Source: Octopus vulgaris (lineage: Eukaryota). From it: DNA of 64,000 nt. The translations under genes and the position numbers were made by a program. The stretch lies in NCBI GenBank assembly GCA_951406725.2, contig OX597821.1, positions 100,440,001-100,504,000 of the forward strand, read 5' to 3'. The notes beneath the pieces are model-generated. The model was not told the origin of the DNA, did no database searches, and saw only the letters and a list, made by a program, of their open reading frames with translations. The first letter of the stretch is position 1. Each line of letters begins with the position of its first letter. Shown in pieces: positions 13,840 to 28,012 of the stretch.

Positions 13840-14925
13840 AACGGTTCCAAAGTTTGGTACACGGACAACAGTTTTTAAACGGAGGGGGAAGTTGATTGCA
13901 TTGACGCAAGTACTCAACTGGTATTTATTCTATAAACCCCGAATGGATGAAAAGCAAAGTCGACCTCAGCGGAATTTGAACGCAGAACATAAAGATAGAC
14001 GAAAAAGCCGCTAAGGTCTTAATCCAGTGTGCTAATGACTCTGCCAGCTCGCTGCCTTGCGATAGGAATTAATAATCTTTTCTACTATAGCACAAGGCTT
14101 GACATTTTAATTGGGGTGGGGAGGACAAGTTGATTGTGGTGGCACATGGCCTAGTGGTTACAGCAGCGGACTCACGGTCGAGGGATCGCGGGTTCGAATC
14201 TCAGACCGGGCGATGTGTGTGTTTATGAGCGAAACACCTAAGCTCCTTGCTGCTCCAGCAGAAGGTAATGGCGGAACTTCTGCTGACTCTTTTGCCACAA
14301 CTTTCTCTCACTCTTTCCTCCAGCATCTTGCAGCTCACCTGCGACGGACCGGCGTCTCGTCCATGTAAGGAACCTATACTTCAGGGAAACCAGGAAACCG
14401 GCCCTTATGAGCCAGGCATGGCTCGAGAAGGAACTAGTCGATTACATCGACCCCCGTTGTTACACTTGTACTTAATTTGTCGACCCACGAAAAATGAAAG
14501 GCAAAGTCAAGCTCGGTGGAATTTGAACTCAGAACGTAAAGACAGACGCTAATATTAACCCTTACTGCTATAAGTACAAGGTCTGAAATTTTGGAGGGGA
14601 GGGGTCTCATCGATTACATAGACCCCTGTAGTCAATATGTGCTTATTTCATCGACCCCTAAAGAACGAATGCCTAAGTCGACCGCAGCATTAATTGAACT
14701 CACGAAGGCGGCGAGTTGGCAGAATCGTTGGCACGCCGGAGTTCAAATTTCGGGGTCGATAAATTAAGTACCAGTGTAATTGACTAGTTCCCCTTCCCCC
14801 ATATTTCTGGCCTTGTGCCTATAGTAGTAGAAAGGATTATTTGAACTCATGACGTAAAAGTAGACGAAATGCTTGCAAGCGTTTTGTCGGGCGTGCAAAC
14901 GATTCCGCCAGCTCGCCGCCTTTGC
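13840..14925. mobile_element. Cluster of SINE family B fragments on both strands
   Basis: Repeated gcaaagtcgacc..cggaatttgaactcag and ctgccagctcgcc motifs. Confidence 0.65.
14136..14432 (+). mobile_element. tRNA-derived SINE with V-domain-like segment
   Basis: tggcctagtggtta A-box, gggttcgaatctc B-box, ctgcgacggaccggcgtc.cgtcca V-like domain; closely similar copy at 16609. Confidence 0.75.
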
Positions 14926-15428
14926 CAGCTTCTTGCCTCTCCCCGAATCGTTGTCGAATCAAGCGTAGCCAATGCTAAAGAAGATAGAATTAGCGGAAAC
15001 TTCCGGATTTACCAGACTGATTAATCAAACGATTTATGCTTCACCTAATTAAGACACAGATTTTCGACACGATCTCTCTCTCGCTCTCTCCATCTCTCCC
15101 CCCTCTCTCCTGTTTTTCTTCTGCTTTTCTCGATTCTGCATTGTCTTCTCACTTTTTCTCTTTCTATTTCTTCAGTCTTTGTTCTTTTTTTTATTATCTC
15201 TGCCGCTTCTCTCTCCTTCTCTCTCACTTATATCCTATCTTGAATTCTTTTTATAAATACGCACGTTACTATTCTTTCTTTTCGTCAATCCTCCATGTTT
15301 CTTCTTGCTCATTACCTTTCTGTCCTATCTTCCTCTCCTTCACCCCAACTCCTTGTCCTTCTTTCTACTCCCTCCCCACTCTTTTTTACATTCTCTCTCT
15401 CTCCCTCTCTTCCCTCTCTCTCTCTCCT

Positions 15429-15464
<36 letters not shown>

Positions 15465-15602
15465 CATCTATTTCTTCTCGTTCCTGTTAACATTCTTTAC
15501 GTTTAAATCTGCTTCTCACACATCTCCCGGTTTTACTTCTCTCACTCCGTACATCACCCACGACATGCACGCACATACAGAACGATGCACACATATACAC
15601 AT

Positions 15603-15652
<50 letters not shown>

Positions 15653-16363
15653 AGAGAAGTACAGACTCACATACACAAACATACAATCTCGCCCTCTCTT
15701 CCCTGCTTAATACATTTTCAATATTATTTCTGTTTCTATGACATTAACTTCATTGCATGATCGCATTAGCAGGATCAGTCCCGAACAATGGTAAATTTCC
15801 AATAGACAAAGTGCCATGTCAACAACTGAACACTCGTTAACCACACATCCCATCGCATCTGCCGTGCTTTGTACAGAACTATTTGACAGAAGAAAAATAA
15901 ATCCCAGCTAATCTTGTAATCACTATGAAATAATACGATCTGCAAAGCCAGTGGATTTTTGATGAGTTGCTGTTGTTGCTTAGTCCCAGGTAAGTCTTGA
16001 TGGAGCCGACCTTTAATCAAAGGCATTTCACTCGCCCTCGTTCAGTCTTTCATGTTGGAAACACTGGTGTCAAGGATTAGACACTATGTCTATACTTACA
16101 GAAGTACTATACGAGAGTGATTTAGCTACTAGTTCGAGCAACAACGCAAACTTTCTCTGACTGACTTGATAACACAGAATTTGCAGAAACGGCAACGTGG
16201 CCATTTCTGATTCGAGATATTTCTGCGATTTAAATAATGAACGAGACATTTTTCTTTTTGCTTTTGTTTTTTTAATAAGCACCAACTAGATCAATAATTA
16301 TAAATTAGAGATAATCTTTGAGTGAATCGAGGATATTTATGATGATTATTATTGACACGTTGG

Positions 16364-16575
16364 AAGGTGGTGAGCTAGAAAAATCGATAAGCATGCCGGA
16401 CTGAATGTTTACCTGTATTTCTCCCAGGTTTACGTGCTGAGTTCAAATTCCGCCGCAGATCGACTTTGCATTTCAGCCTTTCAATGTAACTAAAATAAGC
16501 AGCAGTCAAAAACTGGAATCGACTACCCCTCCTCCAAAATTTCAAGCTTTTTGCCTACATTGAAAAGGATTATTG
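16364..16575 (+). mobile_element. Degenerate SINE family B
   Basis: aaggtggtgagctag...ctgagttcaaattccgcc...gaaaaggattat. Confidence 0.6.
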
Positions 16576-16608
16576 ACTCGATGATTTGTTTTCAGTATCC
16601 ATTTGTAA

Positions 16609-16915
16609 GTGGAGGCACATGGCCTAGTAGTTAAAGCAGCGGACTCGCGGTCGAGGGATTGCGGGTTCGAATCTCAGACCTGGCGATGTGTGCGTTTATG
16701 AGCGAAACACCTAAGCTCCACGCGGCTCCGCCAGGAGGTAATGGCGAACTTCTACCGAATTTTTCGCCACAACTTTCTCTCACTCTGTCCTCCTGCATCT
16801 TGCAGCTCAACTGCGACGGACCGTCGTCCCGTCCCGGTGGGGAACCTATACACCAAGGAAGCCGGGAAACCGGCCCTAATGAGCCAGGCGTGACTCGAGA
16901 AGGAACAAACAACCA
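16609..16915 (+). mobile_element. tRNA-derived SINE with V-domain-like segment
   Basis: Same family as 14136-14432; (AAC)n-type tail. Confidence 0.78.
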
Positions 16916-17097
16916 CAACAGCAACAATCCATTTGTAAAGCAAAAAATGAGAGGTAAATCTCTCAACGATATGTTTCGTCACGAAGTTTTGAAAAAACGA
17001 TGTAAAGCTTTAGAAAATCCTTAGTAATGCTTTGGTCTTTTGAAAGGTGTGTGATTTGTAATTTTCGTTAGCCATAAATGTTTTATACATGAAAAGT

Positions 17098-17655
17098 CTT
17101 TTCTACTGTAGGCACAAGGCCCGAAATTTTTTGTGGGAGAAGGAGCCAGATGATTAGATTGATCCCAGTATGCAACTAGTACTTAATTTATCAACCCCAA
17201 AATGATGAAAGGCCAAGTGAACCCCGGTGGAATTTGAAGTTAGAACGTTAAAACAGACGATATAAGGCTAAGCATTTCGCCCGGCGTGCTAACGTTTCTT
17301 ATTTCTTTACTGCCTACAAGGGGCTACACACAGACGGGACAAACAAGGACAGACTAACGGATTAAGTCGATTAAATCGACCCCAGTGCGTAACTAGTACT
17401 TATTTAATCGACCCCGAAAGGATGAAAGGCAAAGTCGACCTCGGCGGAATTTGAACTCAGAGCGTAGCGGCAGACGAAATGCCTATTTCTTTACTAGCCC
17501 ACCAGGGGCTAAACCACTCGAGGGGACAAACAAGGACAGCCGAAACGGATTAAATCGATCAGATAGACCCCACTATGCATCTAGTACTTAATTTATCGAC
17601 CCCGAAAGAATGAAAAGCAAAGTCGAACCCGGCGTTTTTGCCAGCTCACCGCCTT
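17098..17655 (-). mobile_element. Multimeric SINE family B
   Basis: Three Nin-like cores at about 17193, 17409 and 17597. Confidence 0.75.
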
Positions 17656-18220
17656 GTTTTATTCAGGAATAATATTAAAGATAGCACATGAAGCTATATC
17701 TAGTACTTGAAGTAGTGGCGACAACTGAGGATCTAGTCAAAGAGTTTTAAGGAGAATGGATTTACCACTTAGTCACCACTACTTTTAATTCCTCTGGATG
17801 TTGGTAGATATCAATGGAATTAGTTTGAGGTCAAATAACTGAAGGTGATGATATGTAGATAAAACATAGCGAATTCAAAGGAAGAATGGTGGCTAGATAT
17901 GTGTAATATAGATCAGCTATGTTATGGGCAGGCCTTGATCTCCAGTGAATCAGTCCACCAAGTCAAAGGTTGAACTGTGGAGAGCGGAATACTAGCAGAG
18001 TAAACTGTAAATTAACGGCAAGAAAGCCACGACAGAACCGTACTGTCTGTTTACCTGGAGAAAAATCCTGAGTCTTCGAAAGTTTCATAATACAGGCAAC
18101 AACACAAATAGAAAACATACTAAGTTTTGTGTAAGAAAAGAAGACAAAGAGTTTTCCGATCGTCAATTCCAGTAGGTATGGTATATAACGATTGACAGGT
18201 AGAGGGGTAGATAGAGAGAT

Positions 18221-18306
<86 letters not shown>

Positions 18307-18368
18307 GCGAGAGATAGATTGATAGGTAGAGAGAGAGAGAGATAGAAAGATAGATAGATGGAGAGATT

Positions 18369-18457
<89 letters not shown>

Positions 18458-18861
18458 CACAGAGAGAGGGGGTAATTAATGCAGGGTAGATATTAACTTG
18501 TATCTCTAATGTGTCACTAAGCCGAACATATTGCTCGTTCTTCTCAGTGAAATGAATAAACTTAACGCTGCGGTCTTATAAATTTCACATCAGGTCTACA
18601 GTACTGATACCATAAAGCAATGACTTTTACAACCTCACGACAGCTACCAAAAGATAAATAGATTTAGGCTTTTAGTTTCAAGTTAATACCATTTTAATAG
18701 ATCAACGATCAAATGCATTCCAGTCTTGGCCATTTCGTCTATTGCGGCGTATGTCTCCATTCAGACCTTTTGCGATTTAATGAAGTATGGAGGTCTGTGT
18801 CCCCAGAGTACTTCAGTTGTATTCTCAATTAAATATGAATACACACCCACGTACACATATG

Positions 18862-18898
<37 letters not shown>

Positions 18899-19799
18899 AT
18901 GTATATATGTATGTATGTGTGTGTATAAATATATATGCATATATGTGTGTATGCATATATATATATGTTTATATATACATGTATATATGTATATATATAC
19001 ATATACATATATATGCATATATATATATATATACATACACACATATATATATATATATATTTGTACATACATATATATATATACATATATATACACATGT
19101 ATATATGCATATATATATATACATATATACATACATATATATATATACGTTTAAATATTTGTTGTGCAAGATTTTTTATGTGAAGTCGTGTGAAACTGGC
19201 AATATGACCATTCCGAAATATAACATATATATATATATATATACATATATATACACATATATATATATACACATATATATACATACATATATATATACAT
19301 ATATATACATATATATATATATATATAAACAAAAAGGGATTAATAAGGGATTTGGAATCCAGACGAAATACTTTCTAAGCTCTCTAAAGCTAAGTATACA
19401 TAAGGCTAATACAAGGCTAATAGAAAGGTTTGTGATTGGTATTGTACTCCGGGTAATCAGAAATCAAAGTAAATCATGAATCAAATTTGTAAATCCACGG
19501 TTTCATTACCCTGTTGAGATGGCATCTATTTACAGAGTGACACATAAAATAGACAGAAATAATGGGTCAAATACATTTATTTATTCGTTATAGGCTTACA
19601 ACTGTTACAGTAATGCGTGTTTAGCGAAAGCACTCACAGATTAGAAAAAAAAAACGTCTTCGAAAAAGGTTAGCAACATCCTCATAACAGATTTTAGAAC
19701 ACTTTTTAAAATAATTTTTTTTTTAAATCACCTTTACACTTCAGAAAATGTATTAAGTAATCCTCATAAAGTTTCCAATATATATATATATATATATAT

Positions 19800-19855
<56 letters not shown>

Positions 19856-19966
19856 TGTATGTATTTATATATATATATATATATACATGTACATATATAT
19901 AAATATATATATATTCATTCATATATCTATACATATATATGTATACATATATGTACATATATATGT

Positions 19967-20021
<55 letters not shown>

Positions 20022-20105
20022 ATATTATTAGAGACAAAACCATATTTTGCAAAACAAACGAGGAAAGACTTAACAATAATAAAATTTAATAAATATCAAA
20101 ATACG

Positions 20106-20146
20106 CCACTACAAGTTTCTTGTCTTGATCGACAATCTTCAGGTGG
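20106..20146 (-). ncRNA. Hammerhead ribozyme motif, canonical core
   Basis: Reverse complement ccac-CTGAAGA-ttgtc(gatcaa)gacaa-GAAA-cttg-TA-gtgg. Confidence 0.8.
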
Positions 20147-20156
20147 ACTTATTAGT

Positions 20157-20197
20157 CCACCTGAAGATTGTCGATCAAGACAAGAAAATTGTAGTGG
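20157..20197 (+). ncRNA. Hammerhead ribozyme motif, inverted partner of 20106-20146
   Basis: ccac-CTGAAGA-ttgtc(gatcaa)gacaa-GAAA-attg-TA-gtgg; one stem III mismatch. Confidence 0.75.
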
Positions 20198-20340
20198 CTT
20201 TTTTGACTATTTATAAAATTTTATATTGATAAGTCTTTCCTTTTGTTTTGCAAAATAGTGTTTTGTCTCTAATAATATTTTATAATATATATATTGATTT
20301 AATCCTAAATATAAATTTGGATTTATTCCCTAATATTTAT

Positions 20341-20433
<93 letters not shown>

Positions 20434-20439
20434 GATATA

Positions 20440-21325
20440 TGAAATTTTTTCAGCGATTTGTTTTGCTAAATACAAAAAGCAACACGAATCGTTGAAAAGA
20501 CCTCCAACAAATGCGAAGCTTTAGACATCAACCACGACACCAACGATTGAAAACTGCTCAAACTTACTCGAACGCTCGGAATTTCTATTCAAACGAGGAG
20601 AGAGGTTCACATTTAAAACCAACATCACTTCTGCTTCCGAGAATTTAATGTATGTTATAACTTGTACAGGTTTTGAACATAACTATATAGGACAGACAAG
20701 TATTACACTGAGACGGAGAACCACACTACAAAAGGAACAAATGCGGTTCCCGCAGCACGGATAGATTCCGATGAGGGAAGAACATAGAGACATGTGCAGG
20801 TAATATCCAACCAAACTTCACAATTTTCCCCATCTACCAGTGCAAAGAAACAAGTCCTGTACAAGAACGTTTAAATACAGAAATTTTATACATCGAAAAA
20901 TACAGAACACGTCGAAATATGAACGCGCAATCAACTTTGGTTTCTGTATATATTTTAATTCATGATCACATACCCATGACTGTACATATTTCATCTCACT
21001 ACTTTAACTTTTGAGTTTTTGTATATATATATTTATTTACCACCTCCCCGAAAGATGAGCAATTATTTACCCAGTCCCCATTGATAACGATCCCCAACTA
21101 CTTCTCGTTAGTTCTTTCTACATGTTGAATTATTCATTCACAAACTTCTCCACACAGAACATAAACTAAAATCTTAACAAAATATGAAATGACAAGGAGT
21201 TGCTATATGGTAAGTAGCTTGCTTACCAACCACTTGGCACCGGGCTCAGTCCCACTGTATGGTACCTTGGGCAAGTGTCTTCTACTATAGCCTCGGGCCG
21301 ACAAAAGACTGAGAGAAGCCTGTCG

Positions 21326-21424
<99 letters not shown>

Positions 21425-21723
21425 ATATGCATGTATGTGTGTATATGTTTGTGTGTCTGTGTTTGTCCCCCCAACATCGTTTGTCAACAGCGGTTCGGCA
21501 AAAGAGACCCATAGAATAAGTACTAGTCTTACAAAGAATAATTCCTGGAATCGATTGCTTGACTAAAGGCGGTGCTCCAGCATGACCGCAGTCATATGAC
21601 TGAAACAAGTAAAAGAGTAAAAGAGTGATGATTAGTGAAAGCAAAACCGGTCGACAGACACAATAATCTTTCACTTATAATATATATTTTAAAATATATT
21701 AAAACTATGTAAACTGTGCAGTG

Positions 21724-21730
<7 letters not shown>
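20440..21730 (+). pseudogene. Degraded PLE 3' part (GIY-YIG endonuclease plus terminal region), interrupted by a SINE
   Basis: Translates to TSASENLMYVITCTGFEHNYIGQTSITLRRR...EH..MC...FTIFPIYQC with frameshifts; (TA)n at both ends; paralog at 26380-26903. Confidence 0.75.
21195..21625 (+). mobile_element. SINE family A
   Basis: Head and tail match the 6871 copy; internal (TA)n(TG)n. Confidence 0.8.
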
Positions 21731-21767
<37 letters not shown>

Positions 21768-21833
21768 AAGTTCGACAGACCAACAGAATTATTTGCTTCT
21801 GCTTTAACATACAATGATTGTATGTCGACCCAT

Positions 21834-21876
<43 letters not shown>

Positions 21877-22397
21877 ACACACGTGCATGTGCGACCCACA
21901 TACATGCATATATATGCGCGTACGCACATACACATACATACCCCGCCCCAGCCTACACCTCCTGCACTCACAGACGCACATGTATACGTATATCTACTCT
22001 CGTATACGTATATCTACTCTCGTACACATGCACACTTATGCTTGCACATTTACGCATACACCTGCCGGCATCCCGATTAGAGCTATGGATCACGACAGTC
22101 TCGTTAGTTTTTTTAAAGAGTAACTATTTGTTAGCAAATATTATTACTGTATATCTGTAAGGTTACTTATCTAAACATACGTGAACATAAATAAGTGCAG
22201 ACAAAGTGTAAAGCTATAGAAGGCATATTATGCAGCTTTAGATAATTCATCTGTTATGTTAGTTTAGCAGCTATGTTCAGGTACCTCTAAGCTTGCATAT
22301 TTTAGTGACTCATGGTTGCATTCCTAAGGTATCATTATAAGAACGTACATAAATAAGTATAACTGTGTCTGACCAGCGAATTTTTTCTCTTATACAC

Positions 22398-22475
<78 letters not shown>

Positions 22476-22584
22476 TTATACCGGAGTAAACACATAAATG
22501 TGAAACAAGGTGGAAAAAAGAGTACTCAAATACCAGTGGTAGAGTAATATGCTTTATTTAAAGCAGAAGAAAATTCAACAAAAT

Positions 22585-22622
22585 CTGTTACTCTGAGTTT
22601 CCCGTTGCCGTTCATCAGACAG
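22585..22622 (-). ncRNA. Hammerhead motif (CUGAUGA core) in inverted PLE terminal repeat 22480-22683
   Basis: Reverse complement ctgt-CTGATGA-acg(gcaa)cgg-GAAA-ctcagag-TA-acag; partial inverted copy at 22627-22650. Confidence 0.72.
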
Positions 22623-22682
22623 TTTTAACGAGAGAAACTCAGAGTAACAGATTTTGTTGAATTTTCTGCTGCTTTAAATAAA

Positions 22683-22715
<33 letters not shown>

Positions 22716-23032
22716 AGACGTCATTCAGAATGGCGAACAGTTTGGCTAATTAATTTAAACGAAGTATGACAGATATCTATATGTATGTGTGTGTGCGCAC
22801 GTGCGTGTATGTGTATGTGTGTGTGTGTATATATATATATGTGTGCATATATGTATATGTATATGTGTGTATGTATGTATATGTATATATATGTACATAT
22901 ATGTATGTCTTTCAGGTTTAGTTTGCCATGTAGCTTTACACTTACATATATATAGAAAGATATACGTACGAGTGTGTGTGTATATTTGAATACACACACA
23001 CACACACAGATATATCAAAAGATATGTATGTA

Positions 23033-23072
<40 letters not shown>

Positions 23073-23171
23073 CATAATTATATATATAATGTATGTTTCT
23101 ATATATATATATATATATGTGTGTGTGTGCAATATATAGTTTGATATATATATATGTCTGTGTGTGCGTGT

Positions 23172-23210
<39 letters not shown>

Positions 23211-23407
23211 GTGTATGTGTGTGTGCGTGCGTGTTTGTCAGTGTGCGAGTGTACATGCACATGCAGTGAGAGCGCTAAAACAAATTTGAGAATACAGACA
23301 TAATTATTATGTTATGTACATATATTTTCTGCGCATACATACATATATAAACAGATACATACATAAATACTCCTATTTATTTACATAAATGTATATATGT
23401 AAGTCTG

Positions 23408-23473
<66 letters not shown>

Positions 23474-23963
23474 ATTTATCCAGACATATTGATACGAATC
23501 ATTACTCTCGAATATGCGTTATCATTCGTATATAAATATTCAGATAAAATCATTTTCAGTTTTGTATTATTTTGCTATATTCATCCTTCAGCTACGAAAT
23601 TAAGCTTAAGTTTATTCATTTTTTTATCTCTCCATCAATTAAACAATACAAGAAATCTTTCTTTCAGCAAAACTGACTCTTCAAAGCATTTGTCGGGTTT
23701 CTAATCGCATAGCTTCTAGCATTTAGCTTCTATTTCTGTCCGTACTACTTATGGATTCTCATCGCATACGTCTTTTATTTTATATTTTATGCTTACAGTT
23801 TCATCTAAGTGATCCGGATTATCTACTTCTCTGTAAGTTTCTTTATTTGCTTGCCTTTTATCTGCAATTCCATTATAATGTACTATTCTGACAGTGTATT
23901 TACGTCGCATACTTTATCTCCCTTTATACACACACACACACATATATGCAGGTATGTATCTGT

Positions 23964-24126
<163 letters not shown>

Positions 24127-24134
24127 TATATATA

Positions 24135-24300
24135 AGGCGTAGACGTGTGGTAAGTAGCTTGCTTCTCGGCCACGTTCTTCCAAGTTCAGTCCCATTGCGT
24201 GGAAACTTAGGCAAATGTCACTTACTATAACCTCGGGCCGACAAAGCCTTGTGAGTGGATTTGATAGACAGAAACTGAAAGAAACCCGTCGTATATGTAT
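24135..24300 (+). mobile_element. SINE family A head
   Basis: gtgtggtaagtagcttgc...gaaagaaacccgtcg. Confidence 0.7.
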
Positions 24301-24477
24301 GTAGGTGTAGGGGCGTTTGCATGTGTGCATGTGTGTGCATGTGTGTGAGTGTGTGCGAACCTACTTGTCTATGTGTGTCTTTGAGTCTCATACATACAGA
24401 TGGCAGCTATGCAAAGGATACCAGCAGAGGGACGAAAGACGAGAGGAGTAACTAATATGTTATAAGATGATGTAATA

Positions 24478-24723
24478 TTAAGTTGGTGCATAATTATTGC
24501 GGCTTTTTTTTAAAACAAACTTTATTCACCTAAAACAATATTTGACAAAAACATCTTTAAATGACGGTCTGACCGTCTGCCAAGCAAATGGGAAGCAGTA
24601 ATTGAAGTAGATGGTAAATATGCTCTGGAATAATCAATTAAAGATGTTTTTGTCACATGTTGTTATTGTTTTTGCTGAATAGAATTTGTTGAAAAAAGCC
24701 GCAAAAATTATGCATCAACCCAA
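24478..24723. mobile_element. Mariner-derived MITE
   Basis: TA-flanked TIRs ttaagttggtgcataattattgcggc / gccgcaaaaattatgcatcaacccaa, resembling Hsmar1-type ends; internal LPSKWEAVIEVDGKYALE* resembles a mariner transposase C-terminus. Confidence 0.8.
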
Positions 24724-25402
24724 TATAATGAAATGATAGAATATTAAATGTCCATATTGATTAACTAGTATTTTCATGCACTAAACTATGCAAACTTCAG
24801 GTTTATGTAGTAGTGGTGACAGTTATATTTTACACGTTACAACTCTAGTGACACATGTGCTTGCGCAGCTTAGTTCGTTGGGGTCACCGTTACCGTTATT
24901 ATTATCATTATTATTATCTTCCTTTCATTCGGCCTCTTTTTTCCAGTCATCTCACCATGTTGGACAGTTAAACTCTGCACATTCTTTCTCTCTCCGTTTT
25001 TTTCATTCGCTCTCCATTTCTTTCTTCTTAATGTATATATATTCTTTAAATTCTTTAAATTGTCTCAGCTTTAAAGCTGCAGTCATGCTGGTGCACTGTG
25101 AAAAATTTAATCGTCACCAGGTGTGACGAAGGGAGCTGAAGCACCTACATTGCTAGAAGTAAGATTAAAGAACTTCAATGCTGTAAGAAAAGCGCAATAT
25201 ATATACACTGATAGGGGAGGTAAGCGCCCCATGGGCATAATAGAATCAACTTACGGGGCCTAGTTTTGCCTATTCTGTAAGTATCGTCAGTAGCAATTGC
25301 TCAAACGGTCGATGGTTTGATTAATTTTGTCTGTCAGTAAATATATTTTTACCATAAATATTTATGACTGATTTATATACACATGCGTGTGTGCATGTGT
25401 GC

Positions 25403-25474
<72 letters not shown>

Positions 25475-25476
25475 TA

Positions 25477-25725
25477 GTGGAGGCGCGTGATTTAGTGTTC
25501 AGGGTATCAGCATCATGACCGTAAGATTATGGTTTCGAGTCCTGGACCGGGCGACGCATTGTGTTCTTGAGCAAAACACTTCATTTCACGTTGCTCCAGT
25601 CCATTCAGCTGGCAAAAATAAGTAACGCTGCGATGGACTGGCGTCCCGTCCAGCTGGGGAACACATACGCCATTGAAACCGGGAAACCGGGCCCATGAGC
25701 CTGGCTAGTCTTTAAAAGGGCGCAT
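25477..25725 (+). mobile_element. tRNA-derived V-domain SINE
   Basis: ctgcgatggactggcgtcccgtccag V-domain-like core; A- and B-box-like head. Confidence 0.75.
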
Positions 25726-26075
25726 TTATTTATTTTATTATATATTACCTGAAAACAGACAATATACACACACACGCGCGCGTAACACGCATAAACACAC
25801 ACAACACGCAGAGACAAGATAACTTGCCCACAGACAAACGCTATACATATGCACACTATTTCACAGACACACACACACATACACATACATACACATGTTC
25901 ACACACCACCTAAACAAGCACACATCAACTGTTACACATAACACACGCACACACGTTAGCTCCACATATATATACACACGTTCATACGCACACACACACA
26001 CTCGCCCACACGTACGTACTTACACACTCGCTCCCATTCAAACATACACGCTCACATTCACCATTATCACATATA

Positions 26076-26352
26076 CACATGTGCTTGCGCACCTTAGCTC
26101 GTAGGGACCACCGTTACCGGTATTATGATCATTATTATCTCCCTTTCATTCAGCCTCAGTTTTCTAGTCATCTGGCTATGTTACACCGTAGAACTCTGCA
26201 CATTCTTTCTCTCTCCGTTTTTTTTTCATTCTCCATTTTTTCATCTTAATCTTTTCTGTTTCTGAAGAGCGTAGGCTCGAATTATAAGAGACTTTTCCAT
26301 TCTTCCCGAGATTTTACTAATATATTTGCTTATTGTTAGTCTTCGTCTTTTG
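26076..26352 (+). mobile_element. Degenerate PLE terminal repeat with decayed hammerhead (26251-26292); related fragment at 24850-25030
   Basis: gaagagcgtaggctcga and ttatctcc..ttcattc..cctc motifs shared with 4660-4950. Confidence 0.6.
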
Positions 26353-26379
26353 AATCATATATATATATAAATATATATA

Positions 26380-26903
26380 TGAAGTGAACACAATAGAGAG
26401 ATGTGCAGAGAACCTCCAACGAAACTTGAAACTTCACAGTGTTTCCTATCTACCAGTGCAAGGAAACAATTTCTCTACAAAAACGATTAAATAAAGAAAA
26501 TTCAATTATCCAAAAATGCAAAACAAAAACGCCTGAATATGAGAACGTAAATGATTTTGGTTTCAGTAAAAATTTTAATTCATGATCGTATACCCAACAC
26601 TGTAGATATTTTATCTCACTACTTTAACTCGTGAGTTTATGTAAATTTATCCAATCCAAAATATCTAACCACCCAAAAATGTGCAATCACCATCCCGTCC
26701 CGAATAATAATAATCTCCAATTACCTCCCCTTAGATTTTTTCTGCATGCTGATTCGTCTACAAACTCTGATACAAGAACGTGTACTAAAAACTTAATACG
26801 AAAGTGCAACAAATTCAATGTCATGACTAGCGAAACGCGAAACTGGACGACTATCACAATACTCTGTAAACCTATGTAAACTGTGTGTAGTTTCCTTCCG
26901 TTG
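26380..26903 (+). pseudogene. Second degraded copy of the PLE 3' end seen at 20780-21730
   Basis: Shared atctaccagtgc, ttttaattcatgatc.tataccc, tctcactactttaact and ctatgtaaactgtg; decayed hammerhead at about 26819-26852. Confidence 0.65.
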
Positions 26904-27098
26904 TATATATATATGGCTGGCAGGAAACGTATTTTTCTGCAATGCATGGATAATTTATCCTGTTCACGCTATTTTATAGCATATTCACGCGTTTGATAAT
27001 AAAAAAAAATATTTCTGTAACTTTCAATACATCTCAACGCTTCTAAAGCAAACTTTGTTTACTCTCATCGTAAGTTTTATACATACATACATATATAC

Positions 27099-27162
<64 letters not shown>

Positions 27163-27166
27163 ATGC

Positions 27167-27217
<51 letters not shown>

Positions 27218-27301
27218 CATGCATGTATGTATGCATGCCTGTATGTATGCTTGCATGTATGTATGCATGTGTGTATGCATGCATGTATGTATGCATGTAT
27301 G

Positions 27302-27349
<48 letters not shown>

Positions 27350-27910
27350 ATTTATTTATATATATATACACACATATATACACATATACAGACATCTACA
27401 GACATACATATATACATACATGCATGCATACATATATACATATGTACATAAATACATATTATGGAGTTATTACAATAATTAATGATGGTGATGATGAAAT
27501 ATAAAAATATAAAATAAATGACTAGTAATAATAATAGAGGGGAAGAGATCACCTACCATTGTACAATTACGGATACAATCAACTTTATGGTGAAGGAGAG
27601 TATTTATTAGAAGTTGTTGTGAAATCGAATAAGAAAAGGTAAGGCGTATATAAGTAAATGATTGAAAGTAGATACAAAATACTGGGAAGAGAAGTGAATT
27701 GTCGTTAGTGAGAAGCGAGAAGTTCTAGACAGAATGCATATATTTGTTAAAGAGAAAAGTAAGGTCTATGCTAAAATGATTGACTATTTAGAGAGAAGAA
27801 CCGAGAAAAAGGTAGTGTTGAATAATAAAAAAATAGAAATGAAAATAAGATTGAATATAAGTAAAAGCAGACTAAAGAAGAAAGAGGTGAAGGAGGAGGA
27901 GACGAACAGG

Positions 27911-28012
27911 AAGAAGAAGAAGAAGAAGAAGAAGAAGAAGAAGAAGAAGAAGAAGAAGAAGAAGAAGAAGAAGAAGAAGAAGAAGAAGAAGAAGAAGAAG
28001 AAGAAGAAGAAG
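27911..28012 (+). repeat. Pure (AAG)n microsatellite
   Basis: About 34 uninterrupted AAG units. Confidence 0.95.

Noticed and set aside
14136-14215. tRNA-like sequences at SINE heads (also 5123, 16609, 25477)
   Set aside because: They continue into SINE bodies and lack a proper acceptor stem; not tRNA genes.
15775-15890. Possible minus-strand exon after tttttcttctgtcaaatag
   Set aside because: No convincing donor or recognisable peptide in any frame.
18726-19479. Long YI/VC/HT-repeat ORFs (also 51277-52098, 60230-60967 and many others)
   Set aside because: Dinucleotide and tetranucleotide repeats lack stop codons; artefacts.
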